Shown: positions 29,996 through 40,342, counted from the stretch's first letter. The stretch is DNA of 52,546 nt from Pseudolabrys sp. (GCA_035638295.1 DASRAF010000489.1:1-52546); one strand, 5' to 3'. Program-made: numbers and translations. The notes: a model not told the origin generated them from the letters alone.

Positions 29996-30795
29996 TCGAG
30001 CGCCTTCTTGATCGCCAGAAAATCGCGCCACGCAAACCGTTTTTGCAGAGGACTACGGAGCAGGAAGGCCGGATGAAACGTCGGCATGGCGCGAATTTCG
30101 CGCTTGCCTGTTTCAAAGGCAAACCACCGCCCCCGCGTTTTGGTGATGCCCTCTTTGATGCCGAGAAGCGTCTGTGCGGACGGACCGCCGAGGCAAACCA
30201 GGATGTCAGGGTTGGCAAGCTCGATCTGCCGCAAGATGAAGGGAAGGCAGATCTGCGATTCCTGCGGGGTAGGCGTGCGGTTTCCCGGTGGACGCCAGGG
30301 TACGATGTTGGCGATGTACACAGACGTTCGGTCGAACCCAATCGCCGCCAGCATGCGGTCAAGCAATTTGCCGGATCGGCCGACGAAAGGCAGACCTTCG
30401 ATGTCTTCGTCGCGACCCGGTGCTTCCCCCACGAGCATCAACCGTGCTTCAGGATTGCCGTCGGCGAATACAAGCTGGCTCGCCGTAGATTTCAGCGCGC
30501 AGCCTTCAAAGTTATCGAGAATGGTGCGCAACTCGTCGAGTGTCTTTGCGTTTTTTGCCGCCGAACGCGCTTGCATGACGGCCTGATCCGGGGCAGGCGG
30601 CGCAGGAAGCGTGGGCCGGCTCACAGAGTCGAAGTCGGCAGGTGGTGCTGTCGGTCGCGTCGCGTGGGCGGCGGGTGCCGCCGGCTCAGTCGAAGCAAAA
30701 CGATCGACAGGACTTTCTACTAGGAGTGCATCGACGCCCGTCTCGGCGTAGAAATCGAGAAGGTCACGTGCGGGAGTGTCGCGAGAGGGGATCAC
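29986..30795 (-). CDS. Uracil-DNA glycosylase family 4
   Basis: VGEAPG.DED, PFVGRSG.LL, RPPGNRTP, FHPAFLLR. Confidence 0.93.
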   Translation of the reverse strand: MIPSRDTPARDLLDFYAETGVDALLVESPVDRFASTEPAAPAAHATRPTAPPADFDSVSRPTLPAPPAPDQAVMQARSAAKNAKTLDELRTILDNFEGCALKSTASQLVFADGNPEARLMLVGEAPGRDEDIEGLPFVGRSGKLLDRMLAAIGFDRTSVYIANIVPWRPPGNRTPTPQESQICLPFILRQIELANPDILVCLGGPSAQTLLGIKEGITKTRGRWFAFETGKREIRAMPTFHPAFLLRSPLQKRFAWRDFLAIKKALDHR

Positions 30796-30870
30796 TTATT
30801 CATCCTAGCACACGGTGAGCCCGATTGCCGCCCTCTATGCAAAAGTGGACAATTGGCCGAGGAGACATTC

Positions 30871-32520
30871 ATGGCCGAGCTATCAGCCCGCGAGGCAATG
30901 GAATTCGATGTGGTCGTTGTTGGCGCCGGGCCCGCCGGGCTTGCCGCAGCGATCCGCCTCAAGCAGATCAACGCCGATGTTTCCGTTGTGGTCATGGAGA
31001 AGGGTTCCGAGGTCGGCGCGCATATCCTCTCGGGCGCCGTGATCGACCCGATCGGGCTCGACCGCCTGATGCCTGACTGGCGTTCGGAAGACACGCCCAT
31101 CAAGACCTCCGTCACAGACGATCGCTTTTATTATCTTTCAGAATCCGGAGCGATCCGGCTGCCAAATTCCATAATGCCGCCGTTGATGAACAATCATGGC
31201 AACTACATCGTTTCGCTCGGCAACGTCTGTCGTTGGCTGGCGACAAAGGCGGAAGCGCTTGGGGTCGAGATCTATCCCGGGTTTGCCGCCACGGAAGTTC
31301 TTTATGACGCGAATGGCGCAGTTACGGGTGTCGCTACGGGCGATATGGGCGTGGGCAAAAACGGGCAGCCCAAGGACAATTTTACCCGCGGTATGGAACT
31401 GCGGGCGAAGTACACACTGTTCGCCGAAGGGGCGCGCGGGAATCTCGCCAAGCAATTGATCCCGACGTTTGGCCTTGCGAACGACCGCTCGTCGCAGAAA
31501 TTCGGGCTCGGCCTGAAAGAGCTTTGGCAGGTTGGATCGGACAAACACCGCAAAGGGCTGGTACAGCACACCTTCGGGTGGCCGCTCGACAATTCGACCG
31601 GCGGCGGCTCATTTCTGTATCATCTCGACGACAACCTGGTGTCAGTCGGATTCGTTCTGCATCTCAACTATTCAAATCCTTATCTGTCGCCATTCGAGGA
31701 ATTCCAACGGTTCAAGACACATCCGCTGGTGCGCGATACCTTCGATGGCGGCAAAAGACTCGCCTACGGCGCACGCGCTCTCACCGAGGGCGGATATCAA
31801 TCGGTGCCGAAGCTTTCATTTCCGGGCGGCGCGCTGATTGGTTGCGATGCGGGCTTCATGAACGTGCCGCGCATCAAGGGCAGTCACAACGCCATTCTTT
31901 CCGGAATAGCGGCCGCCGAATCCGTCGCGGCGGCAGTGTCTTCCGGGCGCAGCCACGATGAGTTGTCGGATTATGATGCGGGTTGGCGCAACTCGCCCAT
32001 CGGCAAAGACCTTTGGAAGGTGCGCAATGCAAAGCCGCTGTGGTCGAAATTCGGGACCCTTGTGGGCATCACGCTCGGGGGGCTCGATATGTGGACAAAT
32101 ACGCTCGGCTTCTCGCTATTCGGAACAGTTCAGCACGATACGCCTGATTACGCCTCCCTAAAACCAGCAGTTGAATGCACGCCCGTGTCGTATCCGAAGC
32201 CCGACGGTAAAATTACCTTCGACCGACTTTCATCGGTCTTCCTGTCCAATACCAATCACGAAGAAGACCAGCCGGTTCACCTTGAGGTTCGTGATCTCGG
32301 CCTCCAAAAGCAATCCGAGCACGACGTCTTTGCAGGGCCTTCGGCTCGCTACTGTCCCGCAGGAGTCTACGAATGGGTGGAACAGGCGGGTTCTGAAAAA
32401 TATGTGATCAACGCCCAAAATTGCGTCCACTGCAAAACGTGTGACATCAAGGACCCAAACCAAAACATAAATTGGGTTCCCCCCGAGGGCGGCGGGGGGC
32501 CCAACTATCCGAATATGTGA
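30871..32520 (+). CDS. Electron transfer flavoprotein-ubiquinone oxidoreductase
   Basis: FAD motif VGAGPAG, GAHILSGA, PRIKGSH, Fe-S YCPAGVYE...CVHCKTCDIKDP. Confidence 0.96.
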   Translation: MAELSAREAMEFDVVVVGAGPAGLAAAIRLKQINADVSVVVMEKGSEVGAHILSGAVIDPIGLDRLMPDWRSEDTPIKTSVTDDRFYYLSESGAIRLPNSIMPPLMNNHGNYIVSLGNVCRWLATKAEALGVEIYPGFAATEVLYDANGAVTGVATGDMGVGKNGQPKDNFTRGMELRAKYTLFAEGARGNLAKQLIPTFGLANDRSSQKFGLGLKELWQVGSDKHRKGLVQHTFGWPLDNSTGGGSFLYHLDDNLVSVGFVLHLNYSNPYLSPFEEFQRFKTHPLVRDTFDGGKRLAYGARALTEGGYQSVPKLSFPGGALIGCDAGFMNVPRIKGSHNAILSGIAAAESVAAAVSSGRSHDELSDYDAGWRNSPIGKDLWKVRNAKPLWSKFGTLVGITLGGLDMWTNTLGFSLFGTVQHDTPDYASLKPAVECTPVSYPKPDGKITFDRLSSVFLSNTNHEEDQPVHLEVRDLGLQKQSEHDVFAGPSARYCPAGVYEWVEQAGSEKYVINAQNCVHCKTCDIKDPNQNINWVPPEGGGGPNYPNM

Positions 32521-32687
32521 ACTTCAAGCCAATCCGGTCACGATACTGCCACACCGGCCCCGTCAAGCTGGCCGATGTCGCGCCGTGCGGGACGTTCTTG
32601 CGGGGGCGGCGCAAAAAGGCCATTCTCGGCGTAACATTGGTGGTTCGCGTGCGAATCCGCCGCAACCGCTTCATTGGAGCACTGCCC

Positions 32688-34430
32688 GTGACCCTTTCGA
32701 GTTTCGGCCGCTGCATTGCCGGCAGCGCGCTGGCTGCCTTTCTGGCGGCAGCAGCCACCCCTCTTGCCGCGCAACAGACAAGCGCCTTGCAATCCAGCGC
32801 CATCAGCGCCTCGGGAAGCTACCTGGCTGCGCGCCATGCCGGTCAGCAGCGCGACGCCGCTGCTGCCGCCGCCTATTACCGGGCGGCACTCAAGCGTGAT
32901 CCGAACAATGGCGAATTGCTTGACCGCGTCTTCCTCGCATTCCTGGTCGACGGAGATGTCGATGAGGCCGTGAAATTTGCCGAGCGCGTGGCGCAGGCCG
33001 ACAAGAATGATCGCGTCGCCCGCCTGGTGCTTGGAGTGAACTCGCTCAAGCGCAAGCAGTATGCGCCTGCGCGGCGCGACCTTGCTCAATCGATCCGTGG
33101 ACCGATTACCGATCTGACGGCAACGTTGCTTTCCGCATGGAGCAGCCTTGGCGCCAATGACAGCAAGGGCGCGATCGCTGCGATCGACCATCTCGCGGGA
33201 CCGGAGTGGTATGCGATTTTCAAAGATCTCCATGCCGGCCTGATCTACGACGTGGCCGGCAATCAAAAGGAAGCCGGCAAGCGTCTTGAGCGTGCCTACA
33301 AGTTAGACTCTACGGCCCTGCGCGTCGTGCAGGCCTACGGCAGTTGGGTTTCGCGCAACCGCTCGCCTCAAGAGGCCATGACGGTTTTTGAGACCTTCGA
33401 CAAAACGCTGCCACGCCATCCGCTCGTGGTCGAGGCGATGGACAAGCTCAAGGCAGGCGAGAAATTGCCGCCTCTGGTTGCCAACGTTCAGGCGGGTGCC
33501 GCTGAGGCACTTTATGGCCTCGGCGCATCTCTTGGCCGGCGAGGCGGAGAGGACCTGGGCTTGGTTTATCTGCAGCTTTCGCTCTTCCTCAGCCCCAATC
33601 ATCCACTTGCGTTGCTGTCGCTCGCCGATCTCTACGAATCTCTCAAGAAACCGGAGCTTGCGATCAAGATCTATGATCGCGTTCCTCCGAGTTCCCCGTT
33701 GCACCGCAACGCCGCCATCCAGATGGCGGCCAATCTCGATAGCCTGGACCGGGCCGACGAGGCGCAGAAGCATCTGGAAGGGTTGATCAAACAGAATCCG
33801 GATGATCTCGAAGCGATCATGGCGCTTGGCAATGTGTTGCGCGGGCACAAGAAGTTTGCCGAATGCACCAACGTTTATTCGAAGGGTGTATCCACGATAC
33901 AAAAGCCTGAGAAGGCGAACTGGGTCGTCTATTATTTCCGCGGCATTTGCTACGAGCGCTCGAAGCAGTGGGCGAAGGCTGAAGCGGATCTTATGAAAGC
34001 GCTCGAGTTGTTCCCCGATCAGCCACACGTCCTCAACTATCTTGGTTATTCATGGATCGACCAGGGAATCAAACTGGACGAAGGCATGGAGATGATCAAG
34101 AAAGCGGTCCAGCAGCGTCCTGACGATGGCTACATCGTCGACTCACTGGGCTGGGCCTACTACCGACTTGGTAATTACGAGGAAGCGGCGAAACAGCTAG
34201 AGCGCGCGATCGAGCTCAAGCCTGAAGACCCAACGATCAACGACCATCTCGGCGATGCGTATTGGCGCATAGGCCGCGTGCTGGAGGCTAGATTCCAATG
34301 GGCCCATGCGCGCGATCTCAAACCGGATGCGGAAGAGCTTCCGAAAATTGAGGAGAAGCTCAAGGAAGGTCTTCCCGACGAAACTTCGTCACAGGCCAAG
34401 GCAGGCAAGAAGAGCGGTGACGGCGGTTGA
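32688..34430 (+). CDS. Exported tetratricopeptide repeat protein
   Basis: Signal peptide after GGAG RBS and GTG, GSYLAAR, LNYLGYSW, DSLGWAYY, INDHLGDAYW; upstream of ispE; start approximate. Confidence 0.88.
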   Translation: MTLSSFGRCIAGSALAAFLAAAATPLAAQQTSALQSSAISASGSYLAARHAGQQRDAAAAAAYYRAALKRDPNNGELLDRVFLAFLVDGDVDEAVKFAERVAQADKNDRVARLVLGVNSLKRKQYAPARRDLAQSIRGPITDLTATLLSAWSSLGANDSKGAIAAIDHLAGPEWYAIFKDLHAGLIYDVAGNQKEAGKRLERAYKLDSTALRVVQAYGSWVSRNRSPQEAMTVFETFDKTLPRHPLVVEAMDKLKAGEKLPPLVANVQAGAAEALYGLGASLGRRGGEDLGLVYLQLSLFLSPNHPLALLSLADLYESLKKPELAIKIYDRVPPSSPLHRNAAIQMAANLDSLDRADEAQKHLEGLIKQNPDDLEAIMALGNVLRGHKKFAECTNVYSKGVSTIQKPEKANWVVYYFRGICYERSKQWAKAEADLMKALELFPDQPHVLNYLGYSWIDQGIKLDEGMEMIKKAVQQRPDDGYIVDSLGWAYYRLGNYEEAAKQLERAIELKPEDPTINDHLGDAYWRIGRVLEARFQWAHARDLKPDAEELPKIEEKLKEGLPDETSSQAKAGKKSGDGG

Positions 34431-34460
34431 ACGCCATTGCTTAAGCGATAGGTTTTTCGT

Positions 34461-35318
34461 GTGAGCGCGACGCTGCTCGAAAAGGCTCCTGCAAAAATTA
34501 ATCTGACGTTGCGGGTTCTCGGCCGCCGCGCCGACGGCTATCACGAGATCGAGAGCCTGGTTGCGTTCGCCGATTTTGGCGACGTGCTGACGTTGCGCAC
34601 TGCCGCTGCAGAGGGACTCGAAATAACGGGCCCGTTTGGGGAGAAGAGCGGGCCAATAGACAAAAATCTGGTTCTCAAGGCGGTCGCGGCTGGACGCGAG
34701 CGTGTTGCTGGCCTGCAGGCCGGCAATTTTCTGCTTGAGAAGAACATTCCAGTCGCGGCAGGTCTCGGCGGCGGTTCCGCGGACGCGGCGGCGGCCCTGC
34801 GGCTAGTTGCTCGCGTCAACGCTCTTGCTTTGGATGATCCCAGACTCGCATCGGCCGCGCACGCAACAGGTGCTGATGTGCCTGTCTGTCTCAACCCGCA
34901 TGCGCGGATCATGCGCGGTGTCGGCGAGCGACTCTCTGAGCCGATCAAACTGCCGGCGTTGCCAGCATTGTTGGTCAATCCACTGGTGCCATTGGCTACA
35001 CAGGATGTCTTCAGCAAGTTCGCCGGCGCGCGAGGCGCCGATCACGCCGACGCTATACCCACCGAGTTCGATCGCCTGATCGACTTCCTCGAACGGCACG
35101 TCAATGATCTCACGCCTGCGGCTTGCGCCTGTGCCCCGATCGTCGACGAAATTCTGGGGACCTTGCGTCGCTTGCCGGGCGTCAGGCTTGCCCGCATGTC
35201 AGGGTCGGGGCCGACCTGTTTTGCGCTGTTCTCTACACGAGACGAAGCCGCAAGCGCCGGGAAAAAGCTCAAGGATGTGCGGCCGGATTGGTGGTTGCAG
35301 CCCGCTACGGTCGGCTAG
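34461..35318 (+). CDS. ispE: 4-diphosphocytidyl-2-C-methyl-D-erythritol kinase
   Basis: APAKINLTL, DGYHEIESL, PVAAGLGGGSAD, GADVPVC, RMSGSG. Confidence 0.96.
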   Translation: MSATLLEKAPAKINLTLRVLGRRADGYHEIESLVAFADFGDVLTLRTAAAEGLEITGPFGEKSGPIDKNLVLKAVAAGRERVAGLQAGNFLLEKNIPVAAGLGGGSADAAAALRLVARVNALALDDPRLASAAHATGADVPVCLNPHARIMRGVGERLSEPIKLPALPALLVNPLVPLATQDVFSKFAGARGADHADAIPTEFDRLIDFLERHVNDLTPAACACAPIVDEILGTLRRLPGVRLARMSGSGPTCFALFSTRDEAASAGKKLKDVRPDWWLQPATVG

Positions 35319-35343
35319 CGTCTCTGTGGTAAGCGGTGCCCCC

Positions 35344-36354
35344 TCAGTGCGCACGCCCAATGCAAAATGCGACGGCTTCTTCCAAAGCCGACTTTATCTC
35401 AGACGGCGGCACCAACGCCAATGCATCAGTGGCAATTGCGCCATAGTGGCGGGCGCGGCCAACGGTGTCCTCGATCGAATGGTGTTTGGCCATCAACGTG
35501 ATCGCCCGATCTAGGTCGCCGTCGCGAAGATCGCCTTCGCCCAACGTCCGGTTCCAGAATGCGCGCTCACTTTCGGTGCCGCGTCGGAAGGAGAGGACTA
35601 CCGGCAGAGTGATTTTACCTTCCCGGAAATCATCACCGACGTTCTTACCGAGTTTCGCGGATTTGCCGCCATAGTCGAGAGCGTCGTCGATCAACTGAAA
35701 GGCAATGCCGAGATTCATTCCGAACGATCGGCAGGCCGCCAGTTCTGCCTTCTCTTTTGCGGCAAGCGCGGGACCTACTTCACACGCAGCGGCAAACAAC
35801 TCTGCGGTCTTGGCGCGGATGACTGAGAGGTACTCGTCTTCGTTGGTGGCCGTATTTTTGGCGGTGCCAAGTTGCATGACTTCACCTTCCGCGATCACCG
35901 CGGCCGCGGACGACAAGATATCGAGTGCGTGCAGATTTCCGACCTCGACCATCATCTTGAACGCTTGACCGAGAAGAAAATCACCGACAAGCACGCTCGC
36001 CTCGTTGCCCCAGAGCATCCGCGCCGCCACTTTGCCGCGGCGCAGATCGCTTTCGTCGACCACGTCATCGTGCAGAAGAGTGGCGGTGTGCATGAATTCG
36101 ACCGCGGCGGCGAGTTTGATATGACCGTCGCCCGAATAGCCGCTGAGTATTGCCATCGCCAGAGTGAGCATCGGCCGAAGCCGCTTGCCGCCGGATGAAA
36201 TCAGATGGTTGGCGATCTCGGGGATCATCGCGACGTCAGATCCGGTACGAGCTAAAATCGTCGAATTGACGCGTTCCATATCTGGAGCCACCAATTCGGC
36301 CAACCGATTGAGCGAGGCCGGGTTTGGACTTTCAAACGGAAGAACGACGGCCAT
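35344..36354 (-). CDS. ispB: Polyprenyl diphosphate synthase (IspB-type)
   Basis: GGKRLRP, LLHDDVVD..RRG, FQLIDDALD, GKNVGDDFREGK. Confidence 0.9.
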   Translation of the reverse strand: MAVVLPFESPNPASLNRLAELVAPDMERVNSTILARTGSDVAMIPEIANHLISSGGKRLRPMLTLAMAILSGYSGDGHIKLAAAVEFMHTATLLHDDVVDESDLRRGKVAARMLWGNEASVLVGDFLLGQAFKMMVEVGNLHALDILSSAAAVIAEGEVMQLGTAKNTATNEDEYLSVIRAKTAELFAAACEVGPALAAKEKAELAACRSFGMNLGIAFQLIDDALDYGGKSAKLGKNVGDDFREGKITLPVVLSFRRGTESERAFWNRTLGEGDLRDGDLDRAITLMAKHHSIEDTVGRARHYGAIATDALALVPPSEIKSALEEAVAFCIGRAH

Positions 36355-36505
36355 TTCATCTCCAGCACTTAAGAAAGGGCGAGCATAGGAATGCTATGGT
36401 ACAGCGGCAAGTCCAATAGATTGCCGCATCAAGTCAATTTGACGCGGACGTTGTTGGCAGGCTGAATGGCCGGGCTGACAACTGGCCCAATGTAGACTCA
36501 ATTCC

Positions 36506-36736
36506 ATGCGCGAACTCATCCGTACCAATGACGCCGTCCTGGTTTCGGCAGTCGTGGCTTTGCTTGAGAGCGCTGGGTTTCGGCCGATGGTATTCGATCA
36601 GAACATGAGCGTTTTGGAGGGGTCACTGGGTGTCCTGCCGCGTCGCGTTTTGGTGGCAGAAGAATACGAGTTGCGGGCGCGCCGGCTGCTGGAAGAGGCC
36701 GGCCTGGGCCACGAGCTTCGCCCTGATGGAAGCTGA
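36506..36736 (+). CDS. DUF2007 family small protein
   Basis: MRELIRTND, DQNMSVLEGS.G.LPRR; divergent from ispB. Confidence 0.85.
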   Translation: MRELIRTNDAVLVSAVVALLESAGFRPMVFDQNMSVLEGSLGVLPRRVLVAEEYELRARRLLEEAGLGHELRPDGS

Positions 36737-37493
36737 GATCGAAACCACTGAAGATGCTGTCCTCGGGGGCAGGCTGCGTTTGCGGCAGCCCGTGCGCGGC
36801 CATCGCGTCGGTCACGATGCCATTCTGCTGGCGGCGGCAACGGGAGCGCGCGGCGGTGAACATGCAGTCGACCTGGGGGCCGGTGTTGGCGGGGCGGGTC
36901 TCGCGCTTGCGGCGCGCGTGCCCGACTTGAAACTCACGCTTGTCGAGATCGACCCGGTCCTTTGCTCGCTCGCAACCTACAATGCGCGACTAAATCACCT
37001 CGACGATCGAGTCAAAGCGCTCGTGCTCGATTTGGAAAACGCCAATGCGTTCGAACGTGGCGGGCTGTCTTCGGACTGCGCCGATCGTGTCTTGATGAAT
37101 CCGCCCTTTCACGACGCGCGCCGGCAAAATGTGTCGCCCGATCCACGCCGTCGTCTCGCGCATGTCGGCGCGCCCGGGCTCCTTGGCCGCTGGGTCGACA
37201 CCGCCGCGCGGCTTTTGAAATCGCGTGGTGTCCTGACGCTCATCTGGCGCGCCGATGGATTGGACGAAGTTCTCGGCGCGCTCGCAACTTCATTCGGAGA
37301 TACAGCCGTCCTGCCGGTGCTGCCGCGCGCCCAGGCGCCCGCTATCCGCGTGCTGGTGCGAGCGGTGAAGGGCGCCGGCGGTCCGCGCAAGGACTGTCCG
37401 GCCCTCGCGCTCAATGACGAGAACGCTCAGCCGACACCGGCTGCCGAAGCCGTGCTGCGAAACGGAAAGACTCTTACGATTGCCGATGCCTGA
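36726..37493 (+). CDS. SAM-dependent methyltransferase (TrmN6/YfiC-like)
   Basis: TEDA.LGG...LRQP, DAILLA, DLGAGVG, MNPPF. Confidence 0.85.
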   Translation: MEAEIETTEDAVLGGRLRLRQPVRGHRVGHDAILLAAATGARGGEHAVDLGAGVGGAGLALAARVPDLKLTLVEIDPVLCSLATYNARLNHLDDRVKALVLDLENANAFERGGLSSDCADRVLMNPPFHDARRQNVSPDPRRRLAHVGAPGLLGRWVDTAARLLKSRGVLTLIWRADGLDEVLGALATSFGDTAVLPVLPRAQAPAIRVLVRAVKGAGGPRKDCPALALNDENAQPTPAAEAVLRNGKTLTIADA

Positions 37494-37504
37494 GCGGGGG
37501 TTGC

Positions 37505-37651
37505 CTAAACCTTGCGCCGTTTGGGTATAAATTCACGCCACTGCCGACCCGCGAACTGACGTCGCACTCGGTTCAGGCTCGTGCCGTTCAGGCGCGAAAG
37601 GCCAATAACGCTGCCGATCAACATGAACAGGAGTGTGATCTTGGGATCCAT
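37505..37651 (-). CDS. Small 48-aa protein, hydrophobic N-terminus and basic tail
   Basis: MDPKITLLFMLIGSVIGLSRL...KRRKV; AGAGG RBS; sigma54-like promoter upstream. Confidence 0.6.
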   Translation of the reverse strand: MDPKITLLFMLIGSVIGLSRLNGTSLNRVRRQFAGRQWREFIPKRRKV

Positions 37652-37687
37652 CGATCCGCCTCTTTCAAAGTGCCGGCGCCTGATAAC

Positions 37688-37703
37688 TGCAAAAAGCATT
37701 CCA
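37688..37703 (-). promoter_or_regulatory. sigma54 (-24/-12)-like promoter
   Basis: Minus strand TGGAAT-gcttt-TTGCA, GG-N10-GC spacing exact. Confidence 0.55.
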
Positions 37704-37846
37704 AAGTTAAAAAACAGGCAACGCCGGACCATTTCAGATCAAATCGCCCAAATTTTAGGGACGCGACGCGGGTTTGGTTCCAAAATGCCGCATGATAGTG
37801 CGGTCCGCCTTTGACTCATGGGCCGGTGCCTGCCTATCTGAGTGCA

Positions 37847-38746
37847 ATGGCCAGCGAAAACGCCTCCCAGTCTTTCGGCAAGCGCCTGATCGATTTTTCC
37901 GCCCGGCTTGTCCCGCGGCGCTTCCGCAGCGACATACCCGTCGTGCCGGTGGTACGTCTTACGGGCGTTATTGGCGTCGTGACGCCTCTACGTCCGGGGT
38001 TGTTGCTGTCCACGATTGCGAAGTCGCTGGAACGCGCCTTTTCCACTCGTCGCGCGCAAGCGGTGGCCTTGGTCATCAACTCACCGGGTGGCTCTCCCTC
38101 TCAATCACACTTGATCTTTCGACGTATCCGGCAGCTCGCCGACGAGAAAAAACTACCTGTGTTGGCATTCGTCGAGGATGTCGGCGCGTCGGGAGGCTAC
38201 ATGTTGGCCTGCGCCGCGGATGAAATCGTGTGTAATGAGTTCTCGATTGTCGGGTCGATCGGTGTCGTTGGCGCGTCCTTCGGATTCACCGAACTTATGA
38301 ACAAGGTCGGAATCGAACGGCGGCTCTACACCTCAGGCGATCGCAAGGCGATGCTCGATCCGTTCCTGCCGGAGAAGCCTGACGACGTGAAGCGCATCAA
38401 AGCTATTCAAAACGAGATTCACACGAACTTTATTGCGCTTGTAAAGGAGCGGCGTGGGTCCAAGTTGAAGGGCTCCGACAAGAATCTGTTCTCAGGCGAG
38501 TTCTGGATCGCGCAGAAGGCGATCGAGCTCGGGTTGGCCGACAGTGTCGGGGATTTGCGTTCGACCCTGCGTGAACGCTTTGGTGAGAAAGTCCACACGC
38601 CGCTCATCTCCGCCGAGCGCTCCCTGCTCGGGCGGAGATTACCGGGCGTTAATTTGGTGGATGCGTTTGTTCAGAAACCCGGTCTTGCTGATGATCTTAT
38701 TTCGGCGCTCGAGATTCGCGCTTTTTGGTCGCGGTACGGCCTTTAG
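37847..38746 (+). CDS. S49 family peptidase (SppA/SohB-like)
   Basis: INSPGGSP, ASGGY, SIVGSIGV, FSGEFW, LGLAD. Confidence 0.92.
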   Translation: MASENASQSFGKRLIDFSARLVPRRFRSDIPVVPVVRLTGVIGVVTPLRPGLLLSTIAKSLERAFSTRRAQAVALVINSPGGSPSQSHLIFRRIRQLADEKKLPVLAFVEDVGASGGYMLACAADEIVCNEFSIVGSIGVVGASFGFTELMNKVGIERRLYTSGDRKAMLDPFLPEKPDDVKRIKAIQNEIHTNFIALVKERRGSKLKGSDKNLFSGEFWIAQKAIELGLADSVGDLRSTLRERFGEKVHTPLISAERSLLGRRLPGVNLVDAFVQKPGLADDLISALEIRAFWSRYGL

Positions 38747-38899
38747 TTCGGCCTAGTGCGCTTTTTTGGCATGGGTTCCGGCCGAAAATGTGGGCGACTC
38801 TGTGCCGCTGGCTCGCCACTTGCGCCAATCCATATTCGCCCCGAAAATGCCGCCTTCGCAACTGACCCTTTGTCGGTTGATATTCGATCGGAGCTGCTC

Positions 38900-39103
38900 A
38901 TGCCGACGTTCTTGCTCTCGCCGCTGGTGAAATGGTCGCTCGTGGCTTTGGGCGGTGCCATGGTCGTGCACTGGGCGGTCAAGGAAGCGCGCCGCATCAA
39001 TGAAGAGCTCGAGCAGGCGAGGCGCGTGAAAGCCAAAATAACCGACGCCGAAAACCGGCCGACGCTTCGCCGCGATCCGACAACCGGCGAATACCGGCTC
39101 TAA
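38900..39103 (+). CDS. Small hypothetical membrane protein
   Basis: GGAG RBS, one TM, C-terminal TLRRDPTTGEYR. Confidence 0.7.
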   Translation: MPTFLLSPLVKWSLVALGGAMVVHWAVKEARRINEELEQARRVKAKITDAENRPTLRRDPTTGEYRL

Positions 39104-39135
39104 TATTTCTTAATTCCTGGGTTGATCAGGCCGCG

Positions 39136-39225
39136 TCAGCGGTCCGCAACGCCTTTGTGGCCGCCGATCATGGCGCCGAAAAACAGCAGGATCAGCACCC
39201 ACCCGATCAGCTGAAACGACAGCAT
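39136..39225 (-). CDS. Possible 29-aa membrane micropeptide
   Basis: MLSFQLIGWVLILLFFGAMIGGHKGVADR with GGGG upstream of ATG. Confidence 0.3.
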   Translation of the reverse strand: MLSFQLIGWVLILLFFGAMIGGHKGVADR

Positions 39226-39382
39226 CGTATATCCCCAACCGCGATCATGCTTTTCTTGTTGATCGGTTGCGTGGGATATCAGCGGAGGTTCAACAGCGCG
39301 TAAATGGACTGCGACTTGACCCACTATGGGGCCACCTCTAGGGTCGAATCTATTCCTGTGCTTAAGAATCAGTATCCATCCG

Positions 39383-40342
39383 ATGGCTGAAGCCAGACTT
39401 CTCGCCAGCGACGGCGCACATCAAGGCACCCTGGACCCGACGCGGTCATTCCAGGGGCTGATCCTTGCCCTGCAGCAGTATTGGGCGAATTGGGGCTGCC
39501 TAATCCTGCAACCCTATGACATGGAGGTGGGAGCCGCGACGTTCCACCCTGCGACCACCTTGCGGGCACTTGGCCCGAAACCCTGGAACGCTGCCTACGT
39601 GCAGCCCTCGCGGCGTCCGAAGGATGGCCGCTACGGCGAGAACCCGAACCGGTTGCAGCACTACTACCAGTTTCAGGTGATCCTGAAGCCGTCGCCTCCC
39701 GACATTCAGGATTTGTATCTCAATTCACTGAAGACGATCGGCATTGATCCGAAGATTCACGACATTCGTTTTGTGGAAGACGACTGGGAGAGTCCCACAT
39801 TGGGTGCGTGGGGCCTCGGGTGGGAATGCTGGTGCGATGGCATGGAAGTTTCGCAATTCACTTACTTCCAACAGGTCGCGGGATTTGAATGCTCACCGGT
39901 TGCTGGCGAACTCACTTACGGACTTGAGCGGCTCGCAATGTATGTTCAAGGCGTCGACAACGTGTTTGCACTCAATTTCAACGGGCGTGCCGACGACAAG
40001 AAGGTGACGTACGGCGACGTGTTTCTGCAGGCCGAACAGGAATATTCACGGCATAATTTTGAGATAGCCGACACCGCGATGCTGTTCGAGCAGTTCACGA
40101 TGGCAGAGGCTGCCTGTAAAAAATATCTCGCGGCGGGCTGGGCCGACGGCAAGAAGCAGCGTCATCTTCTGGCGCTTCCAGCCTACGACCAGTGCATCAA
40201 GGCAAGCCACGTATTCAATCTCCTCGACGCGCGTGGCGTGATTTCAGTTACCGAACGGCAGAGCTACATCCTACGCGTGCGCGAATTGGCGAAAGCATGC
40301 GGTGAGGCCTGGCTCGCCACCGAAGGTGGTGGGGCCGCCTAG
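39383..40342 (+). CDS. glyQ: Glycine--tRNA ligase alpha subunit
   Basis: [54 protein letters not shown]. Confidence 0.98.
   Translation: MAEARLLASDGAHQGTLDPTRSFQGLILALQQYWANWGCLILQPYDMEVGAATFHPATTLRALGPKPWNAAYVQPSRRPKDGRYGENPNRLQHYYQFQVILKPSPPDIQDLYLNSLKTIGIDPKIHDIRFVEDDWESPTLGAWGLGWECWCDGMEVSQFTYFQQVAGFECSPVAGELTYGLERLAMYVQGVDNVFALNFNGRADDKKVTYGDVFLQAEQEYSRHNFEIADTAMLFEQFTMAEAACKKYLAAGWADGKKQRHLLALPAYDQCIKASHVFNLLDARGVISVTERQSYILRVRELAKACGEAWLATEGGGAA

Noticed and set aside
22108-30795. Radical SAM plus UDG as the linked rSAM/UdgX repair system
   Set aside because: Genes are about 7 kb apart on opposite strands, the rSAM is PA0069-type, and the UDG lacks the UdgX KRRIH loop
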